Below are positions 14,021 to 26,889 of a DNA stretch of 64,000 nt, piece by piece. Made by a program: the position numbers and the translations under genes. Numbering within the stretch: position 1 is the first letter of the stretch; every line of letters starts with the position of its first letter. The notes below the pieces were generated by a model. The model worked only from the letters and a program-made list of their open reading frames with translations, was not told the DNA's origin and made no database searches. Origin of the DNA: Octopus sinensis (taxonomy: Eukaryota); assembly GCF_006345805.1 (NCBI RefSeq), contig NC_042998.1:112530001-112594000 (forward strand), in the 5' to 3' direction.

Positions 14021-14537
14021 TATGTACTAAAGATAATATTGACTATTCGACAATTCCATCTAAAATGTTAACAATATTGGCATCTAAAGTAAACATTACC
14101 AAAATACTTTTTAAAAAATGAATGCATAGCGGTTCTGTTTAATTCTATCAGTTGATGGTGGAATACCACGGGTAAAAGATAACAGTACAGAATCTCAGTG
14201 CAGACCTCTTTTATATACAGGAAATCTGAGAGTTCATTTAGCAGGTAATGATTAAATTAGATCTGTAAATTAGGCAGAATTATTTGCGTTCATGCTGATA
14301 TCAATCGGGTTAATAGCTGTCTTCATCCAAATTGGACTATCAAAATTGATCACATTTTCTGTAGTCTACAAGATAGTATCAATATGAAAACGTATCAGCT
14401 CACTCAATGGCACTTCTCGTAAATTGCAGTTAGAATTGCGTATTAACTACATATACATATATCATATATCCATATGTATATATATCCATTTATAAGCACA
14501 TGCTTCTAGTGAGTTAGGATCTCAGAACAACAGGGCC

Positions 14538-14607
14538 CTCACTGATGAATTCTCCCTGAGCAAATAAATTATCTTTATTGCTGAAAAGAAAGAAACTGCA
14601 GTCTGAG
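14538..14607 (+). ncRNA. Minimal type I hammerhead ribozyme motif, copy 1
   Basis: CTCA-[CTGATGA]-stem II (TTCT/AGAA plus distal AGCAAATAAA/TTTATTGCT)-[GAAA]-C-TGCA-G-[TC]^-TGAG. Predicted cut after 14603. The first stem II pair is an A.A mismatch. Confidence 0.65.
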
Positions 14608-14934
14608 AAGAACCGAGTTAGTAAATGTTTTTATCTTCATTTCACTAAATTTATCCAGCTTCTGTGTTCCTAGCACATATTTCGCCTTAATGTACTGATA
14701 TATGAAAAATATATGGCTTGTGCTAGAAATGCCAGCGAAAATAATTATTTTTATTTTATCGCAATTTGATTTGTTTACATATTCCTCGATAAATTTTGAG
14801 CGCTAGACGATATACCAGAAATCCCTAGTTTTGTCGGGACGTTCGGAGTCTGCGCAGTGATCTGATTAGTTAGAGAGAGTAAATCATTAGAAGCACATGC
14901 TTCTAGTGAGTTAGGATCTCAGAACAACAGGGCC

Positions 14935-15004
14935 CTCACTGATGAATTCTCCCTGAGCAAATAAATTATCTTTATTGCTGAAAAGAAAGAAACTGCAGTC
15001 TGAG
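14935..15004 (+). ncRNA. Minimal type I hammerhead ribozyme motif, copy 2
   Basis: Identical to copy 1. Predicted cut after 15000. Confidence 0.65.
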
Positions 15005-15205
15005 AAGAACCGAGTTAGTAAATGTTTTTATCTTCATTTCACTAAATTTATCCAGCTTCTGTGTTCCTAGCACATATTTCGCCTTAATGTACTGATATAT
15101 GAAAAATATATGGCTTGTGCTAGAAATGCCAGCGAAAATAATTATTTTTATTTTATCGCAATTTGATTTGTTTATATATATATATATATATATACCTGTC
15201 TATAT

Positions 15206-15282
<77 letters not shown>

Positions 15283-15286
<4 letters not shown>

Positions 15287-15590
15287 GAACAAACTTACTT
15301 AGAAATGGATGCATGCGTTCTGTCATATAATAACAAATTAATAAATAAAACATATGCATATATACATACATATATGTACGTACCTACATCTACATGTATA
15401 TATACATGCATATATGGGTACAGGACACCAAAAAAAACGTCGAACACAATGAGAAAAAAAACATAAACACAAAACCAAGGAAATGGACATTTTTCTTAAA
15501 CAACGAAAAAATAGAGTACAGGACATAGAACACAAGGGAAATTCCCCTTCTTCAGTCGCCTCTGTTTCATCTACTCCGCGTTTCGAATAA
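15283..15590 (-). repeat. Dispersed repeat family E (unclassified, ~305 bp)
   Basis: Closely matches 52500-52805(+): CGAAACGCGGAGTAGATGAAA...CTGAAGAAGGG...CTAAGTAAGTTTGTTCT. Confidence 0.85.
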
Positions 15591-15966
15591 GAAGAAGATA
15601 ATTTTATAACTTCGTTAAACTGAATAGCAATTTCGTTAAATCGAAGAGTAAAAATAAAAATTGGACTGCAGGTGGAAGTGCTCAGGTAACACCGAGGCGA
15701 AAGGAGAAATAAGTTGAAAGGTATAATGAATACACGCTCCGATCGGTCAAAACAACTTTATATCATTCCCAAATTATCATAAATCAAATATAAATATATA
15801 TTAAAATAATAGGACACCCAATGATAAAACCCAACAGTATAAAATATGCATTTATACACGAATAAAAGGTGATAAAACCTAAAAGGGTAATACGAGTGAA
15901 GTCGAATGAAGAAAAACATTTTTGAAATAAATTAATCTATCTATATATATATATGGAATAAATTTA

Positions 15967-16009
15967 TCTATATATATAAAACAGAAACTGTCTGTGTATG
16001 TGTGTGTGT

Positions 16010-16050
<41 letters not shown>

Positions 16051-16500
16051 TACGCAAGTTTGAAGGTTTATAGAAGTTTGAAGAATTGGTTCCACCAAAC
16101 CAATTCGATTGAAATTTCAGACATGCATTTGGTATGTTCCGAGACATCTTTCAGTTATAACAACTGCTTCCATCAATGTTCGGTTTCCGCAAAAACTCGA
16201 GCGATAATTATCGATTGTTGTCCGATTTTGATCAACGTTGACATACCAATGTATTCTTACCCAAGGTTTTTCGTTTCGTTAATATTTTTTTCAAATTCCG
16301 TTTCGTTTGAAAAACCGACTCAAAAAATGCCTTTAAGGCAGGCCACAGCGCTGGAACCATTGAAACGATTTAAACCAAACTCGGTAAACGAATGCATTTT
16401 CACCCAACGAGTCTTATGCCATAGTTCATTTCATTAAATTGCGCTTTGTTTGAGCACAATTCGATAAACTCACATTCGAACAAAATGCCTTTGTTGAGGT
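15967..16500 (+). mobile_element. 5' part of a non-autonomous Helitron-like element with internal (GT)n
   Basis: Starts A|TCTATATATATAAAACAGAAACTGTCTG followed by (GT)n. Internal motifs of the CGATTTAAACCAAACTCGG type are typical of such elements. 3' end not found. Confidence 0.5.
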
Positions 16501-16771
16501 AGCTCCTGGTTTGTTTTTTTCTCAGAACACTGACCTCATTCTTTCTCCGGTGCATAAACAATTAATCTCCACCATGGTGTGCACACACATTGTGACCCCA
16601 CGTGACCTCAAAATAGCCACTGCCAATAACAGTAAACATCCGTCACTGAGGCTTTCATATTGCAATAAATGAAAGCGGTTTCTATGTGTAGCATGAGATA
16701 GCTAAAGCAATAACAGCCTCTGCACTGCACAAGCTTCTTGTAAGTACTTACTACTTCCTTCATCCATTTCA

Positions 16772-16879
16772 CTAGCAGTAGTAACCGGCGTTGCACAGGT
16801 CTTAATAAATTTCCATGAAACTGCGGAAACATGAGGCCTAGATTTACCTGAACAATATTTCAAATATATATATAAATAC

Positions 16880-16882
<3 letters not shown>
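16772..16882 (-). mobile_element. Mini non-autonomous Helitron (3' terminus clear)
   Basis: Minus-strand 3' end CCTGTGCAACGCCGG-TTACTACTG-CTAG|T is homologous to the terminus of the Helitron at 23671. Confidence 0.65.
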
Positions 16883-16973
<91 letters not shown>

Positions 16974-17200
16974 GCATCCGCTGGTCTCTAGAGACCATGG
17001 ATCTGCGCCTGGAGAATTTGTGTCATTTGCTGACCGCGGTGCAGCTTCTGCTGTGGCTGTACAGGCCCAGATGGGAGCGCCACTCTTGCTTGCAGCGACT
17101 ACATTTGAAGATGCTCTGTCTTTCCCTTTCTTTCTATTGCGTTTCCCTTTCTTCACTGTACTTTTCTTCGGTGGCAAATTCCACTTCCTCTTTCTCGAGC
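16881..17200 (-). mobile_element. 5'-truncated RTE-clade LINE 3' end with (TATC)n tail
   Basis: Minus-strand peptide 'ERQSIFKCSRCKQEWRSHLGLYSHSRSC*' matches the RTE C-terminal zinc finger CxxC...SRIGLYSHxRxC. 3' UTR stem-loop TGGTCTC-TA-GAGACCA followed by GCGGATGCC, then (TATC)n. Confidence 0.85.
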
Positions 17201-17494
17201 TATATGTATGTATGTACGTATGTATGTATGTATTTTTGTATACTCTTATCTATGTGTGTATCTGTACAGAAATATGTGTGAGTGAAGGTTACATTTTCTT
17301 CCTCTTAATGTTCAGCTGAAATGCCTGATATATTTTAAGTACATAATGCACAAAAACGTGCACTAAGAATTATTATTATATATTTAAGTATGTCATTGAA
17401 AGTCAAGTCTAGAGTTCCCTGTTCAGTGGAACATAGAACATATTTTATGATGTCCTAAAATAACAATTTCCAATATTTAGATATCTCAAAGCAG

Positions 17495-17705
17495 AGAACT
17501 GGCAGAATCTTTGCCGCGCCGGGCAAAAAACTTGACGTATTTCGTTCATCTTTTTGTTCTGAGTTCAAATTCTGCCGTAGTCGACTTTGACTTTCATTCT
17601 TCTGTGGAATTGATAAAGTAAGTACCTGTTGAGCACTGGGGTCGATGTAAGCGACTAACACCCTCCCCCGAAATTGCTGGCCTTGTGCCAAAATTTGAAA
17701 CCAAT
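17495..17705 (+). mobile_element. SINE family A, tail type 1
   Basis: Head, B-box, core and tail GAAATTGCTGGCCTTGTGCCAAAATTTGAAACC. Confidence 0.85.
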
Positions 17706-18441
17706 ACTTAGATATCTCCAACAAGCACAAATTCTTTAAAAGATTTCTCCCGCTGTCCAGTTTTGAAATACTAATAGTTTTCTAGAGTTTTCGATCTCTA
17801 AATCAAAGGCGCAGCGAAAGAAAGTACATTTAAAAAACGATTTAAGAAAGCTTTCGAAATATAATATAACAAATTTTCGCTGCGTTCTTATTCACCTCAA
17901 AAGGCACTTCTCAACACAGTTTAAAGGATTTCAAGTCTTCAAACTGTTTATAGTTACCACTTATTTTTCATTTGTTGGTTTTTAACTGCTATTAATTACT
18001 ATAAATTAGCATTAAATTGCATAGCCATAAATTATACTTATAATTAACTTATGTTTCAATAAAACAGCCATTTATGTAGGACTGTTTAAGCATGTACGAC
18101 AATATATTCATGCACAACAAATACATGCGCACATACACATACGCGCTTGCACACACACAAACACGCACATAAAAGCGTGTGCGCGCGCGCGCACACACAC
18201 ACACAAGCGTACACTCATACACTTAACACACACACACACACACATACACGCACCCCCATATATGCACACGTATGTGTGAGTGTATAATATATATAGATAT
18301 TCGTGTGTCTGCGTGTGTGTTTCTGTGTGAGACGTTGTATATAATATAGACGTATCTGTGTGAGTGCATATATCTATATCTATCAATCTATCTATCTTTC
18401 TCTTTTCTCTCTCTCTCTCTCTCTCCATCTTTCTCTCTCCC

Positions 18442-18483
<42 letters not shown>

Positions 18484-18484
<1 letters not shown>

Positions 18485-18884
18485 TTTACTCTTTTACTTG
18501 TTTCAGTCATTTTGACTGCGGCCATGCTGGAGCACCGCCTTTAGTCGAGGAAATCGACCCCAGGACTTATTCTTTCTGTAAGCCCAGTACTTATTCCATC
18601 GGTCTCTTTTGCCGAACCGCTAAGTTACGGGGATGTAAACACACCAGCATCGGTTGTCAAGCGATATTGGGGTGACAAACACAGACACACAAACACACAC
18701 ACATATATGTACATATATACGACAGGCTTCTTTCAGTTTCCGTCTACCAAATCCACTCACAAGGCTTTGGTCGGCCCGAGGCTATAGTAGAAGACACTTG
18801 CCCAAGGTGCCACGCAGTGGGACTGAACCCGGAACCATGTGGTTTGTAAGTAAGCTACTTACCACACAGCCACTCCTACGCCTA
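18484..18884 (-). mobile_element. SINE family B (CORE-type, OR1/OR2-like), full length
   Basis: tRNA-like head GGCGTAGGAGTGGCTGTGTGGTAAG...GGTTCAGTCCC, CORE-like GGCACCTTGGGCAAGTGTCTT, internal (TA/TG)n and tail (GTAAAAGA)n. Partial copies at 13090-13195, 18910-19110, 19378-19545, 25110-25300, 25655-26040, 26650-26795, 36885-37050, 38360-38520, 60700-60875 and 61645-61775. Confidence 0.9.
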
Positions 18885-19267
18885 TATATATATATCTTTT
18901 ATCTTTTTAATTTTTTACTTGTTTCAGTCATTAGACTGCGGTCATGCTGGGGCGCTACATTGAAGAATTTTAGTCGAATGAATCGATCCCAGTATTTTGT
19001 GTACTTCTTTGAAGCCTGCCGCTTATTACATCGATTCATTTTACCGAACCGCTAGTTCACGGTGACGTAAGCACGCCAACAACGGTTTTCATGCAGTGAT
19101 GATGGAACAAACGCAGACATAAAGGCACAGGCGCATATATAGAAAAAAATCTATTAGAAAGGAACTTTTGATAAGCATAACAAATGCGCAACCGGTAAAA
19201 GAACTTTCACCTAATTAAATACACTCTCCCTTACTTAAATTATTTTGTCAGCATTTTCTTCAATTCC

Positions 19268-19335
<68 letters not shown>

Positions 19336-20020
19336 ATACATACACACACACACATACACACACACTTATGTGTGTGTGTACGACGGGCTTCTTTCAGCTT
19401 CTGTCTATCAAATCCACTCACAAAGCTTTGGTCTGCCCGAGGTTATAGCAGAAGACACCTGCCCAAGGTGCCACGCAGTGCGAATGAACCCGGAACCATG
19501 TGGCAGTGAAGCAAGCTTCTTACCACACAGCCACGCCTGAGCCTACATAAATATATGAACATATTCTATGTACACACATATATATGCATATATGCATGTA
19601 TATACGCATATGCGTAAGTAAACTTATATGAAAGTGTCTATATACAAATATCATTTAATTTAATCAGTGACCAACTTAAGTATTATCGCAGACGTTAAAT
19701 TTATTTTGACCTCTCTAAAATACATTTACATAAAACAACAGACTTGGCTGGCCATCTTTCCTTGTATTAGTCTTTTTCTCATTCATACATATTATATATA
19801 CATATACATACATAAATGTGTGTGTAATATATAATACCTACACACATACACATACATACACACTCGCACATATCTAGACGCTCGCACGTACGCACGCATA
19901 CACATACACTCGCACATATCTAGACGCTCGCACGTACGCACGCATACACATACAAACAAAATAAGAACACAACAGCGCATTTATTCTTCACTACCCTGAT
20001 AAAATAAACATAATATAATA

Positions 20021-20113
<93 letters not shown>

Positions 20114-20152
20114 TGTATATGTGTACATACATATATATCTGTATATTTGTAC

Positions 20153-20197
<45 letters not shown>

Positions 20198-20772
20198 TGT
20201 ACATACATATTTATATATATACATATATATATATAGACATACATACATATATATATTCATATATTTACATATATGTGTATTTACATATACATGTATATAT
20301 ACATATACATATTCGTATATATACACATATATGTATATATGTATGTACGTATGTATGTACGTATGTATGCATGTATGTATGTATATATGTATGTATGTAT
20401 GTATGTGTGTGTATGTACACGCACCCACACTCTGTCTCTTTCTTTCTTTCTCTTTGTTTGTATGTATGTATGTATGTATGTATGTATGTATGTATGTATG
20501 TATGTATGCATGTATGTATGCACAAACTACACTACACGTGCATACGAAGTCTGAGTCATATGTCGATAATAAACATTAAACTAACACAGGATGTCAATGG
20601 CGACTTGAGAACTAAGTTTTGCTTTGTTTTGAAGGTGGTATTTGTTTTATTATTTCTGTACTTAATATAATTCTTTGGATTGTTTTGTTTTATTTCGAAG
20701 ACAAAATGTTTTCCAACTCATCTCAGTGTGATTTAGGGAGCAGTAATGTCAACTGAGTGTTTTCTTGAAACG

Positions 20773-20815
20773 AATGTGTCACGTTTCAAATTAGCTATAT
20801 ATCTCATCAGACATT
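20773..20815 (-). ncRNA. Decayed minimal hammerhead motif
   Basis: Minus strand AATGT-CTGATGA-GA...TT-GAAA-CGTG-AC-ACATT. The 5-bp stem I is intact, but the UH cleavage dinucleotide is mutated to AC. Confidence 0.45.
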
Positions 20816-21248
20816 GAGTGTGGTGTCTGGGCAGTTAGTCTAGATGTCTTAATTAATAGAGCGCCATGAAAATGATGGGTTTATTAATGGATGTATTGCT
20901 ACCACAGATAAGACGAGGTGAGATAGAGCAACGGAAGTGGTCAATTTGCTGAGAGTACAACGTCTTTATTTTTGTACAATGTATAGAGATATATTCTGCT
21001 CTGTTTATATATTTTTGTTTGCAGATTTGTTTTTAGACATTCATATATGCGACTACACATATGTTTGCATGAATTGCCCGATAAAATGATGGATTGATGG
21101 TTGAATGAACGGATGGATGGATTTATTATGCATGTACGTGCGTGTTTGTATAAATCTATATATATATATGTAATTGTGCGAGCGTGCGTGTGTGCGTGCG
21201 AGCGTGCGAGCGTGCGTGCGTGCGTGCGTGCGTGCGTGTGTGTGTGCG

Positions 21249-21312
<64 letters not shown>

Positions 21313-21318
<6 letters not shown>

Positions 21319-22091
21319 GAATCGTCCTTTGTACTTTATTCAACCCGAAAAGCTGAAAAGTAAAATTGACCTCGGTAAGATTTGAACTCAGGACGTAGAG
21401 AGGCAAAACGAATGCTTCAATCCAAACTATCCGACATTCTCGTGCCTCTTTTGAAAACCTTGCATGCACTGTTTTGCTTTGAAAATGTACGACAATTGTC
21501 ATGATTTACTAATGCTGGTGATTGCTAGGATAGCAGCACGTAAGGAAGGGGTCTTTTCTTTTTTCGGTGGTGGTGAGTGTTTTAAAGCTAGCGTGTATTT
21601 CCTGTTGGCTTGCGAAGAATGCGGTAGCTGTATTCATATTGTAATTTAAAGAGGAGCTGTGTGGGTGTCATGTCAAACCTCTCTAACTTACAGTATTCAT
21701 TTACTGCAACTTCTCACAATAAACCAGCAGAAAATATACGATTGCTTGAACACCCCCCTCACCCCCCCCCACCCCACCCCCACCATAAAAAGGGAAAAGA
21801 CCGTCTATGCATACTACTATCCTAACAATCATCATTATCAATAAAGTATAACTGTTGTCGTACATTTTCAAAACAAAATAATGTGAGGATTTCAAAATGT
21901 ATGTCTTATGCGACTACTGGGATGCCTTCGCAAGGATGACTGTGACGAATTAAATGAGAATGTCGGATGGTTTGGATTGTGGTATTCATTTTGCCTCTCT
22001 ACGTTCTCTAGTTCAAATCCCACAGTGATAAACTTTGCTTTTCAGTCTTTCGGATTCAATAAATAAAGTACAAAGGACGAATTTTCTCACA
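21313..22091. repeat. Long imperfect inverted repeat (foldback), arms ~21313-21654 and ~21678-22091
   Basis: Arms align in reverse complement along their length, e.g. TTTGAAAATGTACGACAA/TTGTCGTACATTTTCAAA and ATCCGACATTCTC/GAGAATGTCGGAT. The ORF track shows homologous peptides on opposite strands. Confidence 0.92.
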
Positions 22092-22989
22092 TTTTTCTCT
22101 CGTTAGGATGTGATGGATTTATAAGATTTCATTTCAATTGAAGTTTTTTATTTGACTTTAGAATTGTTATATTATTGCTCAGTTTGCAGTCCACAGAAAC
22201 TTAACAGTGTACATGAGTGCAGAGAGTTCATTTTGGCCTCAGGTGTTCCATATTACTGCCCAGCTTGCAGTCTTCAGAAATTTGATAGTATGCGTGTGTG
22301 AAGATATTCCTTTGGAAACCCAAGTGTTTGATGAGGGCATTTTTATGAGTTTGTGTTTTTAGATTCCTCTATCAGATGGATGGAGTGCGTCAACATCGTG
22401 GTCTTGACGGAAAATGCGCGGCTTTCACAACGTTCTTATCAACTTTGTGTAGTTTTTGGTGTATGGTTTTTGATAATTCTCAAAAAGCGTTTGAAGTTGC
22501 AGTGTAATTTTATTATTGTGACATGATTTGTGGTGTGACTGTTATCAGTGATGGGGATGTTGCTAATCTCTCTATATAATATTTTACTATTGAAATTGTG
22601 GTTTATATTGGATACATATGTTTGGCAGTATTATATTTATTTTTATTTCTTAGTTTAGTTACTTGATGAATTTGGGTTACTGTTGTTTATATCCAGCATC
22701 TGCCCAGACCGAGCATCTCAGCGATCAAAGGTAATCCAGCTGTGACCATCCTGTCTTTTACTTACGAGCATATATGCCTGGATCACATTATCCTGATCGT
22801 TCTTTTCTTTTATAAAATGGTGAGGGTGTGATTTGAGAGAAAAAGGCAGAGAGGGAGAGGGAGAGAGTTGGTTGCTATTTCTACCAGGTCGAATGACTAC
22901 GCAGAGGTTCTCTCAAGTGTGAGTGTCTGTGTGTGTGTGCGTGTGTTTGGGTGTGAATGTGTGTATTTGTGAGTGTGTGTGTATGTGTG

Positions 22990-23030
<41 letters not shown>

Positions 23031-23670
23031 TACGAAGAAACTGAGAATACGTAATTGGTATTTTTTAGTGTTTATACAACCCACGCACGTTTCCGCAAGC
23101 CAATTGTCGCTATTACCTAAGCGGACTTGCCTGTTACGCAATCCGATTAGTATCGCTTTCTCAGTATTATCAGTGAAACATACCATTTGGTAACGTGTTT
23201 TGCTCCCAGCGCACTTGTGTGTGTGTATGCGTGTGAGTGTGTGTGTGTGTGTGTGCGTGTGTGTGTACACACATACACACACACACACACACTAAACTTA
23301 TCCAGTAAAAGGATATTTTTACATGCTATTTTGTTACTCCAAGTTCGAGCTTCCTCGTGGGACCTGTTCTTTTCTCTTTATTAGGCTGCATATTGCGTGT
23401 GTGTACGTATGTGTGTACACGCACATATACACACACACATAATCCTTTGCCTTATGCACACATGAATACATAATCTATAGACAAGTATATATCATGGGTG
23501 ATATATAAAGTATATACAATGCGCAGCCATTAGTTTAATATATTAGTTATAAGATGCAAATAACGTAAATTGTAATTTAAATCTACAATTTGATATATAA
23601 CATAAAAACACATAATATTCATCATATACATATTGTATAGTAAAAATACAAGACATTAATATATAATGTA

Positions 23671-24068
23671 CTAGCAGTATCGCCCGGCGTTGCTCGGGTT
23701 TGTAAGGGAAATAACTATATAAGCATTTTTAGAGATGTAAAGTATAATAGCCATCTCAATATGGCTAATAGCAAAGGGGGGTGGTGTTGCTGTAGCTTTT
23801 TACGTTCTGAGATTTAATAATAAATTTTTAGAGAGCTACTTCCCTTATATTTGCCAAAAATGCATTAAAAATGGGAAAAATTGATGGTATTTTTTTTTTT
23901 AAATCGTAGACTCATCGTAGACGCGCGCTAATACCCAGAAGGGCTCGATATGAATCACGACTATAAGATACCCTGTTTTGGTTAAACTGCACCGCAAAAT
24001 GTGGGAGTAGTTGGGAATCTAAATCGTAGGAGACAGACAACACACAACCTCACTTTTATATATAAAGA
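23671..24068 (-). mobile_element. Non-autonomous Helitron, complete (398 bp)
   Basis: Minus-strand 5' end A|TCTTTATATATAAAAG. 3' GC-rich hairpin CCCGAGC-AAC-GCCGGG shortly before CTAG|T. Inserted in an AT dinucleotide with no TSD. Confidence 0.88.
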
Positions 24069-24776
24069 TATGTATATATTATAGAAATATGCATTGTATA
24101 TATAATATACATTGTATTTTTAGATATTAGATATACAGAAAAGAAAAGGGTCTTATCTTTTTCTGTTTCACTTTCTTTCATCCGTTACTCACTGGTACAG
24201 ATAGATGAAGACTGTTCTTGTTCATTCTGAGGCTTGATGAAGGGTGCTGTTGTTCATTTCAAGAACCCTTTTGACCCCAGAATACAAGCTTTGTGATTTA
24301 GTTTTGATAAAATTTAGAGAAAAGAATGAATTCTTTTATATTCTACGTAATTTTATTATTTTAAATTACTTCACTTCCTTTCCTAGATGCTTCAGACCTA
24401 ACATCTGTAGTCATGTATGTTTATACATATATGCGTGTACATGTATATATATATGTGTGTGTCTGTATATTGTATGTGTGTGTGAGAGTGTCTGTGTGTG
24501 TGTGTGCGTAAAGCATATATTTACACATAATCGTATACATATCTATGTATACACACACACATATACGCATACATACAAACATACATACATACATACATAC
24601 ATACATACATACATACATACATACATACATACATACAACATAATTACTCTCACCATCAGCATAATTATCATCACTATCATTATTATCATATTATTACCAC
24701 AACTGTCAGAAGCCGTACCAAAATTATCACGACCATCACCACGATATCATCAGCATTATCAGTCTCTGATTGCGAG

Positions 24777-24814
<38 letters not shown>

Positions 24815-25338
24815 CTGTTATCACCATCACCAAAACTACCATCAAACACCAGCGACGTTATCTAAAAGCAATCACCAACAGCGATGGCGAAGGAAAACAG
24901 CGACATACTGATGCAGTGGTATAACAGATAAATTGTGGAATGGTTTTATAGTGCAATGATGCAATAATATGAAGACACAATAACTGAGGGATGTATAACG
25001 TTTCTGATAAAAGTTGTCATGGCTATAATGGTACCATGATGTAATGCTGAAATGGTTTAAACATATGGTGGTATATTATCGTAATATTATTATGGTGTAT
25101 TTTAAACTTTATCTTCTGCTCCAGTCATTGGGTTGTGACCATGCTGGGGCACCGCTTTGGAGAGTTTAGTCGAACAAAGCGACTTATTTTTTTTTAAATC
25201 TGGTTCTTATTCTACAGCTCTCTTTTTGCCGAACCGCTACGTTATGGGGACGTAAACAAACCAATACCGGCTGTTAAGCGATGCGGCGAGGATGGTGGAG
25301 CAAACACAAATACATACACACATATACATATATATATA

Positions 25339-25552
25339 TTTCTTTACTACCCACAAGGGGCTAAACATAGAGGGGACAAACAAGGACAGACAAACGGATT
25401 GAGTCGATTACATCGACCCAGTGCGAAACTAGTACTTTACTTATCGACCCTGAGAGGTTGAAAGGCAAAGTCGACCTCGACGGAATTTAAACTCAGAACG
25501 TAACGACAGACGAAATACGGGTACGCATTTCGCCCGGCGTGCTAACGTTTCT
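25339..25552 (-). mobile_element. SINE family A with Tx1-like tail, inserted in (TA)n
   Basis: Core plus tail TGTTTAGCCCCTTGTGGGTAGTAAAGAAAT. Confidence 0.88.
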
Positions 25553-25556
25553 ATGC

Positions 25557-25594
<38 letters not shown>

Positions 25595-25607
25595 GCATAT
25601 ATGTATA

Positions 25608-25652
<45 letters not shown>

Positions 25653-26279
25653 TTCTGTTTGTCCCCACCATCACTTGGCAATTGATGCTAGTTTATGTTC
25701 TCGTAACGTAGCAGTTCGGCCAAAGATCAATGGAATAAGTACGAAGCTTTAATATAAGCACTGAGGTCGATTTGTTCGACTAAAACCTTCAAGGTGGTGC
25801 TGCCCAAGAATGACAGCAGTCCAATGACAGAAAAAGGCGACAAATAGAGTCAAAATGGAAATATAGACATATACGACGGGATAAGACACTTTTCTTATAC
25901 CTAATTCACTCCTAAGGAATTGTTTGTCTCTGAGCTATAGTAAAAGACACTTGCCCAAGATGCCGAGCAGACTAACAGAACACAAGACTTTAGTAACGAA
26001 GCGAGTTTTTTAACCACACAGCCATGCTTGTCCCATAGCCATGTTGTAGTAGTGTGACCGTATAATTTTATAATAGTTTATTTGTAGAATAGGGCATTGG
26101 TATAACAGAAAATGGTATAGATCGTATAATTATGAATTTGTTTTATGGTATGATGGTAAATTGTATAAGGGTATTATATTTATATTTAATGTCGCAACGG
26201 TGTAATGGACTAACGATTAGCTGAGGTGTAGGGAAGTGGTATAAAACTATAATCGTACCATACGTGTATGTTATAATAC

Positions 26280-26645
26280 TCTCTACTACAGGCACAAAGC
26301 CAGAAATTTTGAAAGAGATGCTAGTCGATTACATCCACCCTAGTGTTCAACTAGAACTTATTTCCTTGTTCCCCAAGGGATGACAGGCTTGATCGACCAC
26401 AGCGAAATTTCGACTCAGATGGATGTAATACCGCTAAGCATTTTGTCCGGCCTACTAACAATTCTGCCAACTCACCACCTTACAGTTATATATTATAATT
26501 ATTTCAAATATTTGCCACAGAGCAGCTTGAGGAAGGTGGGGATGAGTCGATTGCATCGACCTCAATGCTCAACTGATACTTATTATATCGACCCTGAAAG
26601 ATGAAAGGCAAAGTCGACCTCGGCAGAATATGAACTCAGAACGTA
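26280..26645 (-). mobile_element. Two decayed SINE family A copies
   Basis: Core motifs at 26320-26480 and 26540-26645. Confidence 0.7.
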
Positions 26646-26804
26646 GCGATGTCGGTGTGTTTACGTCCACTTAATTTAGCGGGGACCGATACATAAGTAC
26701 TAGGCTTACAAAGAAAATAAGTTCTGGGGTCGATCTGTTCGACTAAAGGTGGTGCTCTAGCATGGCCGCAGTCAAATGACTGAAGCAAATAAAAGAACGT
26801 GTGT

Positions 26805-26886
<82 letters not shown>

Positions 26887-26889
26887 CAT

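Larger units (their letters stand above)
14494..15174 (+). repeat. Partial tandem repeat: two identical 284-bp direct repeats (14494-14777, 14891-15174), period 397 bp
   Basis: I found no differences between the copies when reading them base by base. They are separated by a 113-bp unique spacer and flanked by (TA)-rich tracts. Confidence 0.95.

Noticed and set aside
14494-15174. TRIM or LTR retrotransposon interpretation of the direct repeats
   Set aside because: There are no TG...CA termini and no evident PBS or TSD. The hammerhead-bearing partial tandem fits Penelope/retrozyme architecture better.
15545-15590. Type II (permuted) hammerhead in repeat family E
   Set aside because: GAAA and CTGAAGA are present, but stems I and II cannot be paired in either copy.
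16752-16847. Apparent minus-strand exon with CAG acceptor and GTAAGT donor
   Set aside because: It overlaps a Helitron 3' terminus (hairpin plus CTAG at 16772); the splice-like signals are probably coincidental.
16860-17177. Lys-rich ORF 'MPPKKSTVKKGK...' resembling a nuclear protein N-terminus
   Set aside because: It starts at TTG and is an alternative frame of the RTE zinc-finger 3' fragment.
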